59,500 bases of DNA, from contig JBAQEU010000035.1 in assembly GCA_049286905.1 (NCBI GenBank), positions 1 through 59,500 of the forward strand, in the 5' to 3' direction. The notes beneath the pieces are model-generated. The model was not told the origin of the DNA. It saw only the letters and a program-made list of their open reading frames with translations, and made no database searches. The translations under genes were made by a program, and so were the position numbers. Numbering within the stretch: position 1 is the first letter of the stretch; every line of letters starts with the position of its first letter. Below are positions 40,240 through 50,373 of the stretch, in pieces. The DNA comes from Minisyncoccia bacterium (GTDB lineage: Bacteria > Patescibacteriota > Minisyncoccia > Phycocordibacterales > Phycocordibacteraceae).

Positions 40240-41337
40240 CTAGCCGTGGAGGAAAACCATCACATCGCCGTCTTGAACAACGTATTCCTTCCCTTCCACA
40301 CGCACCATCCCTTTCTCGCGGGCGGCGGCGTAGGATCCAAGGTCGAGGAGTTTCTTCCAGTCGATGACTTCGGCGCGGATAAACTTCTCCAAGAAGTCGT
40401 TATGAATGGCGGCTCCTGCCACGGGCGCCGTACTCCCGCGTTTGATAGTCCACGCACGTGTCTCGTCGGTGCCGGTCGTGAAGAATGAAATGAGATTGAG
40501 GGTCGCATATGCCCCGCGAATGAGGTCAGTAAGACCGTCTTCAGACACGCCGAGCTCCTGACGGAAACCGGCACGATCGTCATCAGCCACATCATTTAGC
40601 TCTCGCTCGGTCGCCGCGTCCACAAACACGTAGCGTCCGCCGAGTGCGGCAATGAGGTCATATGCGCGCTGTGCGCGCCCATCCGCGAGTTCATCGAGGT
40701 TGTGCCCGCCGCTCTTTTTATTGAGCGCATAGAGAATCGGCTTCAGCGTGAGGAGATTCAGAGTTCCAACGAGTTTCTTCTCTTCGTCGGAGAGACCGGC
40801 ATTAAGCGCGAGCTTCCCTTCTGCGAAGCCCTGAGCAAGCTTGGCGAGTGCGGCGTCTTCGGCCAACGCTTCTTTCATTCCTGCCTTGATGTCTCGCGCG
40901 AGCTTGTCTCGGCGCTTCCGTACCTGCTCTGCGTCAGCAAGAGAGAGTTCGAGATTGATGATCTCGATGTCCTTGTACGGCTCGATTTCCTGCTCAACAT
41001 GCAGGATATTCGAATCGTCGAAGAAACGGACGACCTGGAGAATTGCGTCGGTCTCGCGGATGTTCGCGAGGAACTGATTGCCGAGCCCCTCGCCCTCGGC
41101 GGCACCCTTCACGAGACCGGCGATGTCGACGAACTCTATTGCCGCTGGGACTACCTTCTCGCTCTTGGAGAACTCAACGAGCGATCCCAGGCGTTCGTCG
41201 GGCACGCCGACGACACCGACTGAGGGATCGATGGTGCAGAACGGATAATTCTCTGCCGGAACACACGCTTTCGTGAGCGCATTAAATAACGTCGATTTAC
41301 CGACGTTGGGCAGTCCAACGATACCTATCTTCAACAT
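40240..41337 (-). CDS. ychF: ribosome-binding ATPase YchF
   Basis: 365 aa with the G1 motif GIVGLPNVGKST, a TGS-like C-terminus, and the YchF coiled-coil insertion. Confidence 0.95.
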   Translation of the reverse strand: MLKIGIVGLPNVGKSTLFNALTKACVPAENYPFCTIDPSVGVVGVPDERLGSLVEFSKSEKVVPAAIEFVDIAGLVKGAAEGEGLGNQFLANIRETDAILQVVRFFDDSNILHVEQEIEPYKDIEIINLELSLADAEQVRKRRDKLARDIKAGMKEALAEDAALAKLAQGFAEGKLALNAGLSDEEKKLVGTLNLLTLKPILYALNKKSGGHNLDELADGRAQRAYDLIAALGGRYVFVDAATERELNDVADDDRAGFRQELGVSEDGLTDLIRGAYATLNLISFFTTGTDETRAWTIKRGSTAPVAGAAIHNDFLEKFIRAEVIDWKKLLDLGSYAAAREKGMVRVEGKEYVVQDGDVMVFLHG

Positions 41338-41363
41338 ACTCTCAACCTACCGTGTCTAGGTAC

Positions 41364-41402
41364 AAAAGGAAAGAGCCGGCATCACGGGTGATGCTCGGCT
41401 CT
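41364..41402 (-). terminator. hairpin terminator after the 82-aa membrane gene
   Basis: AGAGCCGGCATCAC-ggg-TGATGCTCGGCTCT (with a G-U pair), followed by a T-rich stretch on the minus strand. Confidence 0.55.
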
Positions 41403-41424
41403 CGGTGTCGACTTTCGCCGAAGT

Positions 41425-41673
41425 TCAAATCGGCAGGACGATGCTTTGGAGCACCAGAACCGTCGCTATGAATATCCAGAGCGGAACGAGTGTCCATACC
41501 CAGCTCTGCGGCGTACCCGCCAAGTGGTGCTGGAACGGCACGACGAGTCGGACGAAGTCGGGCTTGTGGGATATCCTCACAAGACCAAGGCCGAACGGCA
41601 CCGTCACCAGATTTGCCACCACCGTGAAGATGCTGGCGAGAAGCCACAGGCCTCCCACATATAGAGCTTTCAT
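41425..41673 (-). CDS. small two-TM membrane protein
   Basis: 82 aa with SD GGAGGAA before the ATG and two hydrophobic helices. Confidence 0.55.
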   Translation of the reverse strand: MKALYVGGLWLLASIFTVVANLVTVPFGLGLVRISHKPDFVRLVVPFQHHLAGTPQSWVWTLVPLWIFIATVLVLQSIVLPI

Positions 41674-41764
41674 GATTCCTCCGATATCAACGGCCTAGCC
41701 CGATGCCAGACCCTCATCTGAGAATAGAGTACAAACTTATATGCTTATCGTCAAATGCAAAAGA

Positions 41765-42268
41765 CTACTTCTTGGGGTTTGCGAGCATGCGCGCGTATTC
41801 TAGAATCGCGTAGAAAATACCGGTTGCAATGACGAAGAATGCGAGCGTTGCACCAAACGAAAGCGACGGCATCCAGCCGAGAGTGAGGTACGCGAGGAAC
41901 CACCACCCGGTGAAAGCGATAGCCGAACCGAGTGCGAACGAGATGCGACCGCGCGAGAGCGCCCATGAGACATAGACGACAACGAGAGCGAGCACGATGA
42001 GCTCCCAATAGCCCGACGTGAGCGCCGGTTGATACGCGGCACTCGATGCGTACGCGATACCCACAAGCGCGAACGAGGAGATGAGCAGAAGCGTCATCCC
42101 GAAACGGAGACCTTGTGCGATGACTCGCAGGTGTGCACGCTCAGCATGGTCAATACGACCGTCTCTGAGAGCATGCAGGTAGACAATCTCACCCCATACG
42201 GTGGTAAACGCCCCGACGAGAGCGCCGAGCACTTGGCAGAACACGATGAAAGGGATGAACGTTGCCAT
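41765..42268 (-). CDS. polytopic membrane protein, unknown function
   Basis: 167 aa with four or five hydrophobic helices. It is coupled to the upstream 76-aa gene by a 1-nt gap. Confidence 0.6.
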   Translation of the reverse strand: MATFIPFIVFCQVLGALVGAFTTVWGEIVYLHALRDGRIDHAERAHLRVIAQGLRFGMTLLLISSFALVGIAYASSAAYQPALTSGYWELIVLALVVVYVSWALSRGRISFALGSAIAFTGWWFLAYLTLGWMPSLSFGATLAFFVIATGIFYAILEYARMLANPKK

Positions 42269-42269
42269 G

Positions 42270-42500
42270 TTACTTCTGCAGGAGCTCTGCGAGCTCGACG
42301 CGATACTTCTTCATCACCTCCATCGAAGCTTTCATTTCGCCTTCCCCGCCCTTCTTACGGCGTTCGATTTCTTCGCCAATCTTCTTCATGAGCTCCGGAT
42401 TTTTTGAGACGAGCGCGGTCATCTGTTCGCGCTGATCCTCAGGAAGGTCTTTTAGCTTCCATTTAGCGTATTGATTCAGAAGAAATCCTTGGACAGACAT
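42270..42500 (-). CDS. small charged helical protein (76 aa)
   Basis: Lys/Glu-rich, placed directly upstream of the membrane protein. Confidence 0.45.
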   Translation of the reverse strand: MSVQGFLLNQYAKWKLKDLPEDQREQMTALVSKNPELMKKIGEEIERRKKGGEGEMKASMEVMKKYRVELAELLQK

Positions 42501-42517
42501 GGTTGGTAGAGTGTTAG

Positions 42518-42940
42518 TTATTGAAGATTCGGGCGTTGGATGTCGCCGCGAATAGTGCGTGTCGTGTAATAGAGAGCGACGAGCGAGAGGAGCGCAAGCG
42601 CTTCAATGGCGGTGAACGACGGATCGAATACGCTGATGCCCGCACGGTAATGCTCGACGGCGCTCGTGCCAAAGAGAAGCGTACCGACAATCGCGACGAT
42701 CGCATTCAGCCAGTGGATGCCGGACTGTGCCGGATTCGTGACACCCGCCGCGACAACCAAGATGATCGCCGCGATGACCGCACCGGTACTCGAGAGCGGG
42801 AGATTCGCTCCGGTGGACTGCGCGACAATGAGCACGACGGCGCTTACGAGGAAAAGCACGCGCACTTCGTCGCCATGATAATGGAGCATCCGACGGCGCT
42901 GAGGAACACTTCGTCTCTCTTCTCCTCCTTCAAAAGTCAT
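42518..42940 (-). CDS. membrane protein, unknown function
   Basis: 140 aa with four hydrophobic helices. Confidence 0.55.
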   Translation of the reverse strand: MTFEGGEERRSVPQRRRMLHYHGDEVRVLFLVSAVVLIVAQSTGANLPLSSTGAVIAAIILVVAAGVTNPAQSGIHWLNAIVAIVGTLLFGTSAVEHYRAGISVFDPSFTAIEALALLSLVALYYTTRTIRGDIQRPNLQ

Positions 42941-42946
42941 ACTTCT

Positions 42947-42952
42947 AGTATA
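42947..42952 (-). promoter_or_regulatory. -10 box TATACT, 6 nt upstream of ATG 42940
   Basis: The minus strand reads GCGTATACTagaagtATG. Confidence 0.45.
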
Positions 42953-42978
42953 CGCCTTCTAGGCAGGGCGCAACTCTC

Positions 42979-43224
42979 CTAGAGGAGGATAGTCGCCTGA
43001 TTGCGCGAGACCTCGGCGATGCCGCCCTTGGGAATCTCAAACTGATACTCCTGGTTATCTGCCGCTTTGACGCGCATGTTCCCGCTCACAAGCTCCGAGA
43101 CAAATGCTTCGTGGTCGGCGAGTATCTGGAATACCCCGTCGACTCCCGGCATGGATACAGATATGGCATCGCCGTCGAAGAGGTTTTCGCCGACTTTCGC
43201 AACCGTGAGATGAAATGTTTTCAT
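42979..43224 (-). CDS. atpC: F1 ATP synthase epsilon subunit, beta-sandwich domain only
   Basis: 81 aa, last gene of the atp operon. N-terminal-domain-like (LTVAKVGENLFDGDA..V..PG.DG.F.IL..H). It lacks the C-terminal helical hairpin. Confidence 0.8.
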   Translation of the reverse strand: MKTFHLTVAKVGENLFDGDAISVSMPGVDGVFQILADHEAFVSELVSGNMRVKAADNQEYQFEIPKGGIAEVSRNQATILL

Positions 43225-43233
43225 TGGATTTTA

Positions 43234-43272
43234 AAGGTTCGACCTTGGGAATTAATGCATTAAGGTCGAACC

Positions 43273-43274
<2 letters not shown>
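43234..43274 (-). other. 13-bp perfect-stem hairpin between atpD and atpC
   Basis: AAGGTTCGACCTT (43234..43246) and AAGGTCGAACCTT (43262..43274) are reverse complements with a 15-nt loop. The 3' arm overlaps the atpD stop codon. Confidence 0.6.
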
Positions 43275-44688
<1,414 letters not shown>

Positions 44689-44695
44689 TTATAAA

Positions 44696-45604
44696 TTACG
44701 TGGCTAATGCCTCGCGGCCGCCGACGATCTCCGACACTTCACGCGTGATGCCTGCCTGACGGATCTTGTTGAAGAGCCGCGTCAGGTCGTGGGTCACTTC
44801 TTTTGATTTATCCGAGGCATTCTTCATCGCGACCATGCGCGCGGAGTGCTCAGACGCCTTTGCTTCGAGGAGCAAGTGATAGAGCGAGACCGAGACGAGC
44901 CGCGGCACGAGGTAGCCTAGCACTTCACTCCCATCAGGCTCGACGGTGTAGGCGGCGGGTGATTCGATAGCCAGCATCTCACTCCACTTACCTTTCACCG
45001 GCACGATGTCGCGCACGAGCTGTTCGACATCGCTCATGGTGAGCGGGAGCAAGCGGCGCACCGCCGGCACCTGCTCGAACGTCGATTTGAAGTTGCTGTA
45101 CGCGACGATGACCTCGTCATACGTACCCTGCACGAATTCTCGTGAGAGCTCTCCTGCGAGCTCTTCCATGACAGAAATCTCGACAGAGTCTTTCTTGTTC
45201 TCATAGGACTTCGCAATGCGGTACTCGCGGCGTGCGAAGTACTCTTCGCCTTTCTTGCCGTAGGCATACACCGTCACTGCGGCGACGGGATATGCGGCAA
45301 CCGCTTCTGCCGCCGCCTTGATGACACTGCTGTTCAGCGCACCCGCAAGACCTTTGTCGCTCGTGAGAATGACGAGCGCAACTTTTTCCACCTTCCGAAC
45401 TGTCGCAAGCGGATGTCGCGCGATGTCGGCACTGCCGGAGAGCCGTGCAAGTATCGAGAGCGCGGCACGCGCATACGGACGACCGGCGAGTGCGGTCTGT
45501 TGTGTCTTGCGCATTTTGACCGCCGAGACGGCTTCCATCGCGCGCGTCACTTTGTGGGTGCGCTCGGTGGCTTTTATCTTGCTCTTGATATCTTTTAACG
45601 CCAT
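44696..45604 (-). CDS. atpG: F1 ATP synthase gamma subunit
   Basis: 302 aa with MALKDIKSKIK...TRAMEAVSA at the N-terminus and ITREVSEIVGG at the C-terminus. Confidence 0.93.
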   Translation of the reverse strand: MALKDIKSKIKATERTHKVTRAMEAVSAVKMRKTQQTALAGRPYARAALSILARLSGSADIARHPLATVRKVEKVALVILTSDKGLAGALNSSVIKAAAEAVAAYPVAAVTVYAYGKKGEEYFARREYRIAKSYENKKDSVEISVMEELAGELSREFVQGTYDEVIVAYSNFKSTFEQVPAVRRLLPLTMSDVEQLVRDIVPVKGKWSEMLAIESPAAYTVEPDGSEVLGYLVPRLVSVSLYHLLLEAKASEHSARMVAMKNASDKSKEVTHDLTRLFNKIRQAGITREVSEIVGGREALAT

Positions 45605-45640
45605 ATGGTCTTGTATCTACGCTGTAGTTTTCGACAAGGT

Positions 45641-47197
45641 TTAACCTTGTTTGGATTGGCGGGTTACGAATGCATCGAGCTTCGCGCGGAGGTCGGTCTC
45701 AGTGCCTTCGCGGATCTCTTTCGATTCCTTGATAGCCATCAAGACCCCGCCTGCTTCGCGCGAGAGGTAGTCCTGCAGTTTCTTCTCGACTGCGCTCACC
45801 TCCTCAGGCGAGAAAGTGTCGAAGTAGCCGTTCGTCGCGGCGAAGATGACTGCGGCTTCCATCTCGAACGCGAGCGGTACGCCGCGACCCTGGTTCAATA
45901 TCTCAGTCATACGGCGACCAGCGTCAATGCGGCGTTTCGTCTCGACATCGAGGTCGGACGAGAACTGCATGAACGCTTCAAGCTCGCGGAACTGCGCGAG
46001 CTCCAATTTAATCTTGCCGGCGACTTTCTTCATCGCTTTCGTCTGTGCAGAACTACCCACGCGCGACACCGAGATGCCGACGTTGATGGCCGGACGCTGA
46101 CCCTTATTGAAGAGGTTTGCTTCGAGATAAATCTGTCCATCGGTAATAGAGATGACGTTCGTCGGAATGTAGGCAGACACATCGCCTTCCTGTGTCTCGA
46201 TAATCGGAAGCGCAGTGAGCGAACCGCCGCCTTTCTCTTTGGAGAGCTTCGCCGCGCGCTCGAGGAGGCGGGAGTGCAAATAGAAGATGTCGCCCGGGTA
46301 TGCTTCGCGGCCCGGCGGACGGCGCAGAAGAAGCGACATCTGGCGATACGCGACAGCCTGTTTCGAGAGGTCGTCATAGACGACGAGTGCGTCCTTCCCA
46401 GCCTCCATGAAGTACTCGCCGATAGTCGCCCCCGCAAACGGTGCGAGGAACTGGAGCGCGGCTGGAGCTGAAGCCGGTGCGGTAACGACGATAGTGTAGT
46501 CCATCGCGCCACGTGCCTCGAGTTCAGCAACGAGCTTCGCGGTCTTCGACTCCTTCTGACCGATAGCGACATAGATGCAGATAGGCCGCGTCGCGACCGG
46601 CTCGCTCTTCTGGTTGATGATGGTATCGATGGCGATACTGGTCTTGCCCGTGCCACGGTCGCCGATGATGAGCTCGCGCTGTCCGCGACCGACTGGAATC
46701 ATCGCGTCGACAGCCTTGATGCCGGTATGAAGCGGCACGTTCACCGACGCGCGGTCAATGACGCCGTAGGCCTCACGCTCGATAGACCGCACCTCTTTCG
46801 CTTTGGTTGGGCCTTTGCCGTCGACCGGTTCGCCGAGCGGGTTCACGACACGACCGACGAGAGAGTCGCCGACCGGGATAGAGAGCAGGCGACCGAGACG
46901 TCGCACAAGCATGCCCTCATAAATCTTCGAGGCATCACCGAGAATCACAGCGCGCACGCCGTCTTCTTCGAGGTTCAGAACGAGGCCGTAGATGGGATTC
47001 GGGTCTTTGAGCGCCTCGGCGAGCGTACGGTCGAAGGTCGGATCGAAAAGCACCATCTCGCTCATAGCGGCCTTGGATAGGCCATCTATTTCCGCGATGC
47101 CGTCGCCGGTCGCACGGACGATGCCGGTCTCCTCGGCTCCCGCTTCAGGGGCCCAGGCGGCAATCTCTTTTTCAATTCTTTCGATGATGCTTTGCAT
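45641..47197 (-). CDS. atpA: F1 ATP synthase alpha subunit
   Basis: 518 aa with Walker A GDRGTGKT and the typical alpha C-terminal domain. Confidence 0.97.
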   Translation of the reverse strand: MQSIIERIEKEIAAWAPEAGAEETGIVRATGDGIAEIDGLSKAAMSEMVLFDPTFDRTLAEALKDPNPIYGLVLNLEEDGVRAVILGDASKIYEGMLVRRLGRLLSIPVGDSLVGRVVNPLGEPVDGKGPTKAKEVRSIEREAYGVIDRASVNVPLHTGIKAVDAMIPVGRGQRELIIGDRGTGKTSIAIDTIINQKSEPVATRPICIYVAIGQKESKTAKLVAELEARGAMDYTIVVTAPASAPAALQFLAPFAGATIGEYFMEAGKDALVVYDDLSKQAVAYRQMSLLLRRPPGREAYPGDIFYLHSRLLERAAKLSKEKGGGSLTALPIIETQEGDVSAYIPTNVISITDGQIYLEANLFNKGQRPAINVGISVSRVGSSAQTKAMKKVAGKIKLELAQFRELEAFMQFSSDLDVETKRRIDAGRRMTEILNQGRGVPLAFEMEAAVIFAATNGYFDTFSPEEVSAVEKKLQDYLSREAGGVLMAIKESKEIREGTETDLRAKLDAFVTRQSKQG

Positions 47198-47200
47198 ACG

Positions 47201-47572
47201 TTATAAAGTGACCTTCTGGTAAATATGGAGGAGCGCACGCTTGGCTGAATGATCGATGAGCTTGTCGCCGCTTTTGGCGCGCCAGCCGTGGATGAGCGTC
47301 GGGTTCACGACCGCGTGTCGAGCGACAATGCCGAGCTCTGCGGCGGCACGGAGCGCACCCGCCGTCTCCTTCTCGTGAGCGACTTCGACATGCGGCCGCA
47401 TCGCGTGGCGTCGCGCCGCGACCTTCTTCAGTTCACGAGCGATCTGAGGCAGCATCTTCATGCGACCAGCGCTCTTCAGGTGCATGATGAGCTTCGTGAT
47501 TGCGGCGTCAGACGCCGCTTTGTCTTCGATTTCAGCCGTAGCCTCTAGAAGCCGTGTGTAATCATCGATCAT
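47201..47572 (-). CDS. atpH: F1 ATP synthase delta subunit, short form
   Basis: 123 aa in the operon position between atpF and atpA. The C-terminal block (VVNPTLIHGWRAKSGDKLIDHS) is OSCP/delta-like. The N-terminal domain is shortened. Confidence 0.75.
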   Translation of the reverse strand: MIDDYTRLLEATAEIEDKAASDAAITKLIMHLKSAGRMKMLPQIARELKKVAARRHAMRPHVEVAHEKETAGALRAAAELGIVARHAVVNPTLIHGWRAKSGDKLIDHSAKRALLHIYQKVTL

Positions 47573-48014
47573 AATGCTCTTTCAGAATCTTCTCGGCGGC
47601 GAGGACTGAGAGTTTTGCAACTTCTTTTTCGCTTTCGCGATGTGCTTTTGCTTGTGCTTCGACAGCGCGCGCCTCTGCGTCTTTCGCGACGAGCACCGCG
47701 CGTTCGTCTGCCTCTTTCAAGAGGCGGTTCTTCTCAGTGGTAGCCGTTTCGCGAGCAAGCGCGACAATCTTCTCCGCTTCGGTGTCAGCCGCCTTCACAC
47801 GACTCTCGGCTTCGCTGTCTGCACTCGCAAACAGTTCCTCCGCTTTCGCCGCATCGCTCACGCTCTTGGCGACCATCTCCTGCCTCTTTGCAAGTACCGC
47901 AAGGACCGGCTTATAGAGGAAGTACCAGAGCGCGACGAGGACGATAGCGAAGTTCACCGCCTGCGCAATGAGCAGGCTCCAGTTGACGCCGAAGGCTGAG
48001 AAAAGTTCTTGCAT
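47562..48014 (-). CDS. atpF: Fo ATP synthase b subunit
   Basis: 150 aa with one N-terminal TM and then a long Ala/Glu/Lys-rich helix. Confidence 0.85.
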   Translation of the reverse strand: MQELFSAFGVNWSLLIAQAVNFAIVLVALWYFLYKPVLAVLAKRQEMVAKSVSDAAKAEELFASADSEAESRVKAADTEAEKIVALARETATTEKNRLLKEADERAVLVAKDAEARAVEAQAKAHRESEKEVAKLSVLAAEKILKEHYDR

Positions 48015-48045
48015 GGTTTTTTAATTTAAAACGTGTCGGAAAGCT

Positions 48046-48146
48046 CTCGGATGCAAGGCATGGGAACGCGATTTCTTGAGACGTACTCTGTGGTACGGCA
48101 AGAGAAATCGCAGGGACCCATAACGAAGCAGACGAGGCTTTCAGAC
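48046..48146 (-). repeat. structured intergenic element, copy A (between atpE and atpF)
   Basis: About 100 nt, roughly 80% identical by eye to 48464..48566. Nested stems: ATGGG/CCCAT, GCGATTTCT/AGAAATCGC and CGTAC/GTACG. Confidence 0.7.
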
Positions 48147-48151
48147 ATGTT

Positions 48152-48388
<237 letters not shown>

Positions 48389-48463
48389 TTACATTGCACC
48401 CATAATAAAAGGCCCGAATCCCGGAGCCACACGAAGATCTCTCTCCAAGAGCATGATTAGAAG

Positions 48464-48566
48464 TTTCAGATGCGAGGCGCGGGAGGCCGATTTCTGGAGA
48501 CGTACTGTGTGGTACGGCGAAAGAAATCGGCGGGTCCCGCAACAAAGCAGATGAGGCTTCTAAGCG
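48464..48566 (-). repeat. structured intergenic element, copy B (between atpB and atpE)
   Basis: Same architecture as copy A: GCGGGA/TCCCGC, CCGATTTCT/AGAAATCGG and CGTAC/GTACG. Its 3' plus-strand end overlaps the atpB stop. Confidence 0.7.
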
Positions 48567-49321
48567 TGATCTTCGTGTGGGTCCATGATTGCTAGCTTAA
48601 TGAAGAAGAGCGTCAGCATCGCAAACACCAGCGCCTGAATGAGACCGATGAACATCTCAAACCCCATGAGCGGGGCCGGGAGCACATACGGGAGGAAGTA
48701 GCTCGCGACGAGCACCATCACCTCCCCGGCGAACACGTTCCCAAAGAGACGGAATGAGAACGAGATGAGCCGGCCAAGGTTGCTCATGAGCTCGATGAGC
48801 CCAACCGCAAAGTCGACCGGCGATTTCAGGTTAACATACTTCCCCGCATACTTGAAAAAGCCGAGCACGGCGATACTGGTAATCTCAATGGTGAAAAAAG
48901 CGATTGCGGCGAGCGCGAGCGTGAAGTTGAGGTCAGTTGTCGGCGCGCGGAAGAGCGGAAAGAGTTCTGACCCGTGCATGAACCCGATCGAGCCGATGCC
49001 CGGGAAGAACTCGAGCTCGTTGATAAACGCCACGAATATGAAAATCGTGGCAACCAGCGGGAAAAAGCGCTTTGCGAGCTTCTCGCTCCCGAGCACGTCC
49101 GCCATATAGGCAATGGCTCCCTCAAACGCCCACTCGACACCCGCTTGGAACTTGCCGGGCACGAGCGTAAGCGAACGACCGAAGAAATACGCGAAGCCGA
49201 TGAGGAGAATCATCACCACCCACGCCATGATGAGCGAGTTGGTGATGGGGAAACCGAAAACGGAGCCTAGTTGCTCCGCTTTCAGGATGACTGAAATGCC
49301 CGATTCCATGAATACGTGCAT
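48560..49321 (-). CDS. atpB: Fo ATP synthase a subunit
   Basis: 253 aa, polytopic, with the conserved Arg region (SFSFRLFGNVFAGEV). Confidence 0.93.
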   Translation of the reverse strand: MHVFMESGISVILKAEQLGSVFGFPITNSLIMAWVVMILLIGFAYFFGRSLTLVPGKFQAGVEWAFEGAIAYMADVLGSEKLAKRFFPLVATIFIFVAFINELEFFPGIGSIGFMHGSELFPLFRAPTTDLNFTLALAAIAFFTIEITSIAVLGFFKYAGKYVNLKSPVDFAVGLIELMSNLGRLISFSFRLFGNVFAGEVMVLVASYFLPYVLPAPLMGFEMFIGLIQALVFAMLTLFFIKLAIMDPHEDHA

Positions 49322-49393
49322 TCTAGCAGAAAACCCCCCTGGTATGCTATATACTAAGCTAGTCAGTTAGCAGTAATACCAATAACATTCATT

Positions 49394-49645
49394 ATGGCAA
49401 TAAACGCAGCTCTCTCGAAGCCCCTTACGCTTTCTCCTGAATTGGAGGCGGTAATCGGTGCAGGCCCTATGCCGAGAACCGAAGTAGTCAAGCAACTCTG
49501 GGTATACATCAAGAAACACGATCTTCAGAACCCAGCGAACAAGCGCAACATCCTCGCTGATGACAAGCTGAAGCCGGTCTTCGGCGGCAAAGCCGAGGTC
49601 ACGATGTTTGAGATGACGAAGCTCGTCTCGGCACACCTCAAATAA
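49394..49645 (+). CDS. SWIB/MDM2 domain protein
   Basis: 83 aa. LSPELEAVIG...PRTEVVKQLWVYIKKHDLQNP.NKRNI..DDKLK.VFG is a near-textbook SWIB signature. Confidence 0.85.
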   Translation: MAINAALSKPLTLSPELEAVIGAGPMPRTEVVKQLWVYIKKHDLQNPANKRNILADDKLKPVFGGKAEVTMFEMTKLVSAHLK

Positions 49646-49665
49646 GCCAAACAACTTAGGTGCTC

Positions 49666-49700
49666 AAACAGCATCCGCCCCAAAGGCGGATTTGCTGTTT
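49666..49700 (+). terminator. intrinsic terminator after the SWIB gene
   Basis: AAACAGCATCCGCC-ccaaa-GGCGGAT(t)TGCTGTTT. Confidence 0.65.
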
Positions 49701-49792
49701 ATGGTTAAGGCATTGGCTAACGACAAAAGTTGGCTTATCATAATGCCGGTACCAGAACCTTTCGCAACCTACAATTACAGGAGGAAGACATC

Positions 49793-50281
49793 ATGCGATA
49801 CAAAACGTTCGCTTTCCTGCTTGCACTATCAGTGCTCACAGCATCATGTGCATCACACCCAGGTCTCCACACAGACGTTCGGACGAGTTCCAAACAGTGT
49901 AGCGAAACGCAATCCGGGGCAATACGCACTTTCATTCAAGGCATCGGGGAGTTCAACCTTGCGCTTCTAAAGGCGGTAACGCCCGACGGAACTTCGCTCT
50001 ACGAGATATTCGGGAACAACGACATCAAGAAAGGTCGGGAGCTCGTCCGAGAACTCTCCGCCCACCCCGAAGTGTCGGGTGCAGACGGGAGCTGTACGTG
50101 TTCCCTTCTTTCTTTCGTCGACACCGTCGATCCCGAGGAAAAGATAGCCACGGTACAAAGGGCGGTCATGGTCGGCGACGACTTGCGCAACTACACACGA
50201 GCTTTCCGCGTCCGCTTCGACCCACAGGGAAACTGCATACTCAGTATCAGCCCCCTCGACTCGAAGTGGAAACGGCTTTGA
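49793..50281 (+). CDS. putative lipoprotein, unknown function
   Basis: ATG 49793 lies 6 nt after SD AGGAGGAAG. MRYKTFAFLLALSVLTASC is a signal peptide with a lipobox-like TASC. The track ORF starts earlier, at 49730. Confidence 0.6.
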   Translation: MRYKTFAFLLALSVLTASCASHPGLHTDVRTSSKQCSETQSGAIRTFIQGIGEFNLALLKAVTPDGTSLYEIFGNNDIKKGRELVRELSAHPEVSGADGSCTCSLLSFVDTVDPEEKIATVQRAVMVGDDLRNYTRAFRVRFDPQGNCILSISPLDSKWKRL

Positions 50282-50303
50282 AAAGCAGCCTCCTTTCCTT
50301 CGG

Positions 50304-50330
50304 CCCGCCTCACGGCGGGCTTTCTGTTTC
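50304..50330. terminator. hairpin terminator between the convergent lipoprotein and giant genes
   Basis: GCCCGCC-tcac-GGCGGGC followed by TTTCTGTTT. Confidence 0.65.
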
Positions 50331-50373
50331 TAAACAACAGCTTGCGTGCAGTCCTTGAGAAGACTCTGTCTCA

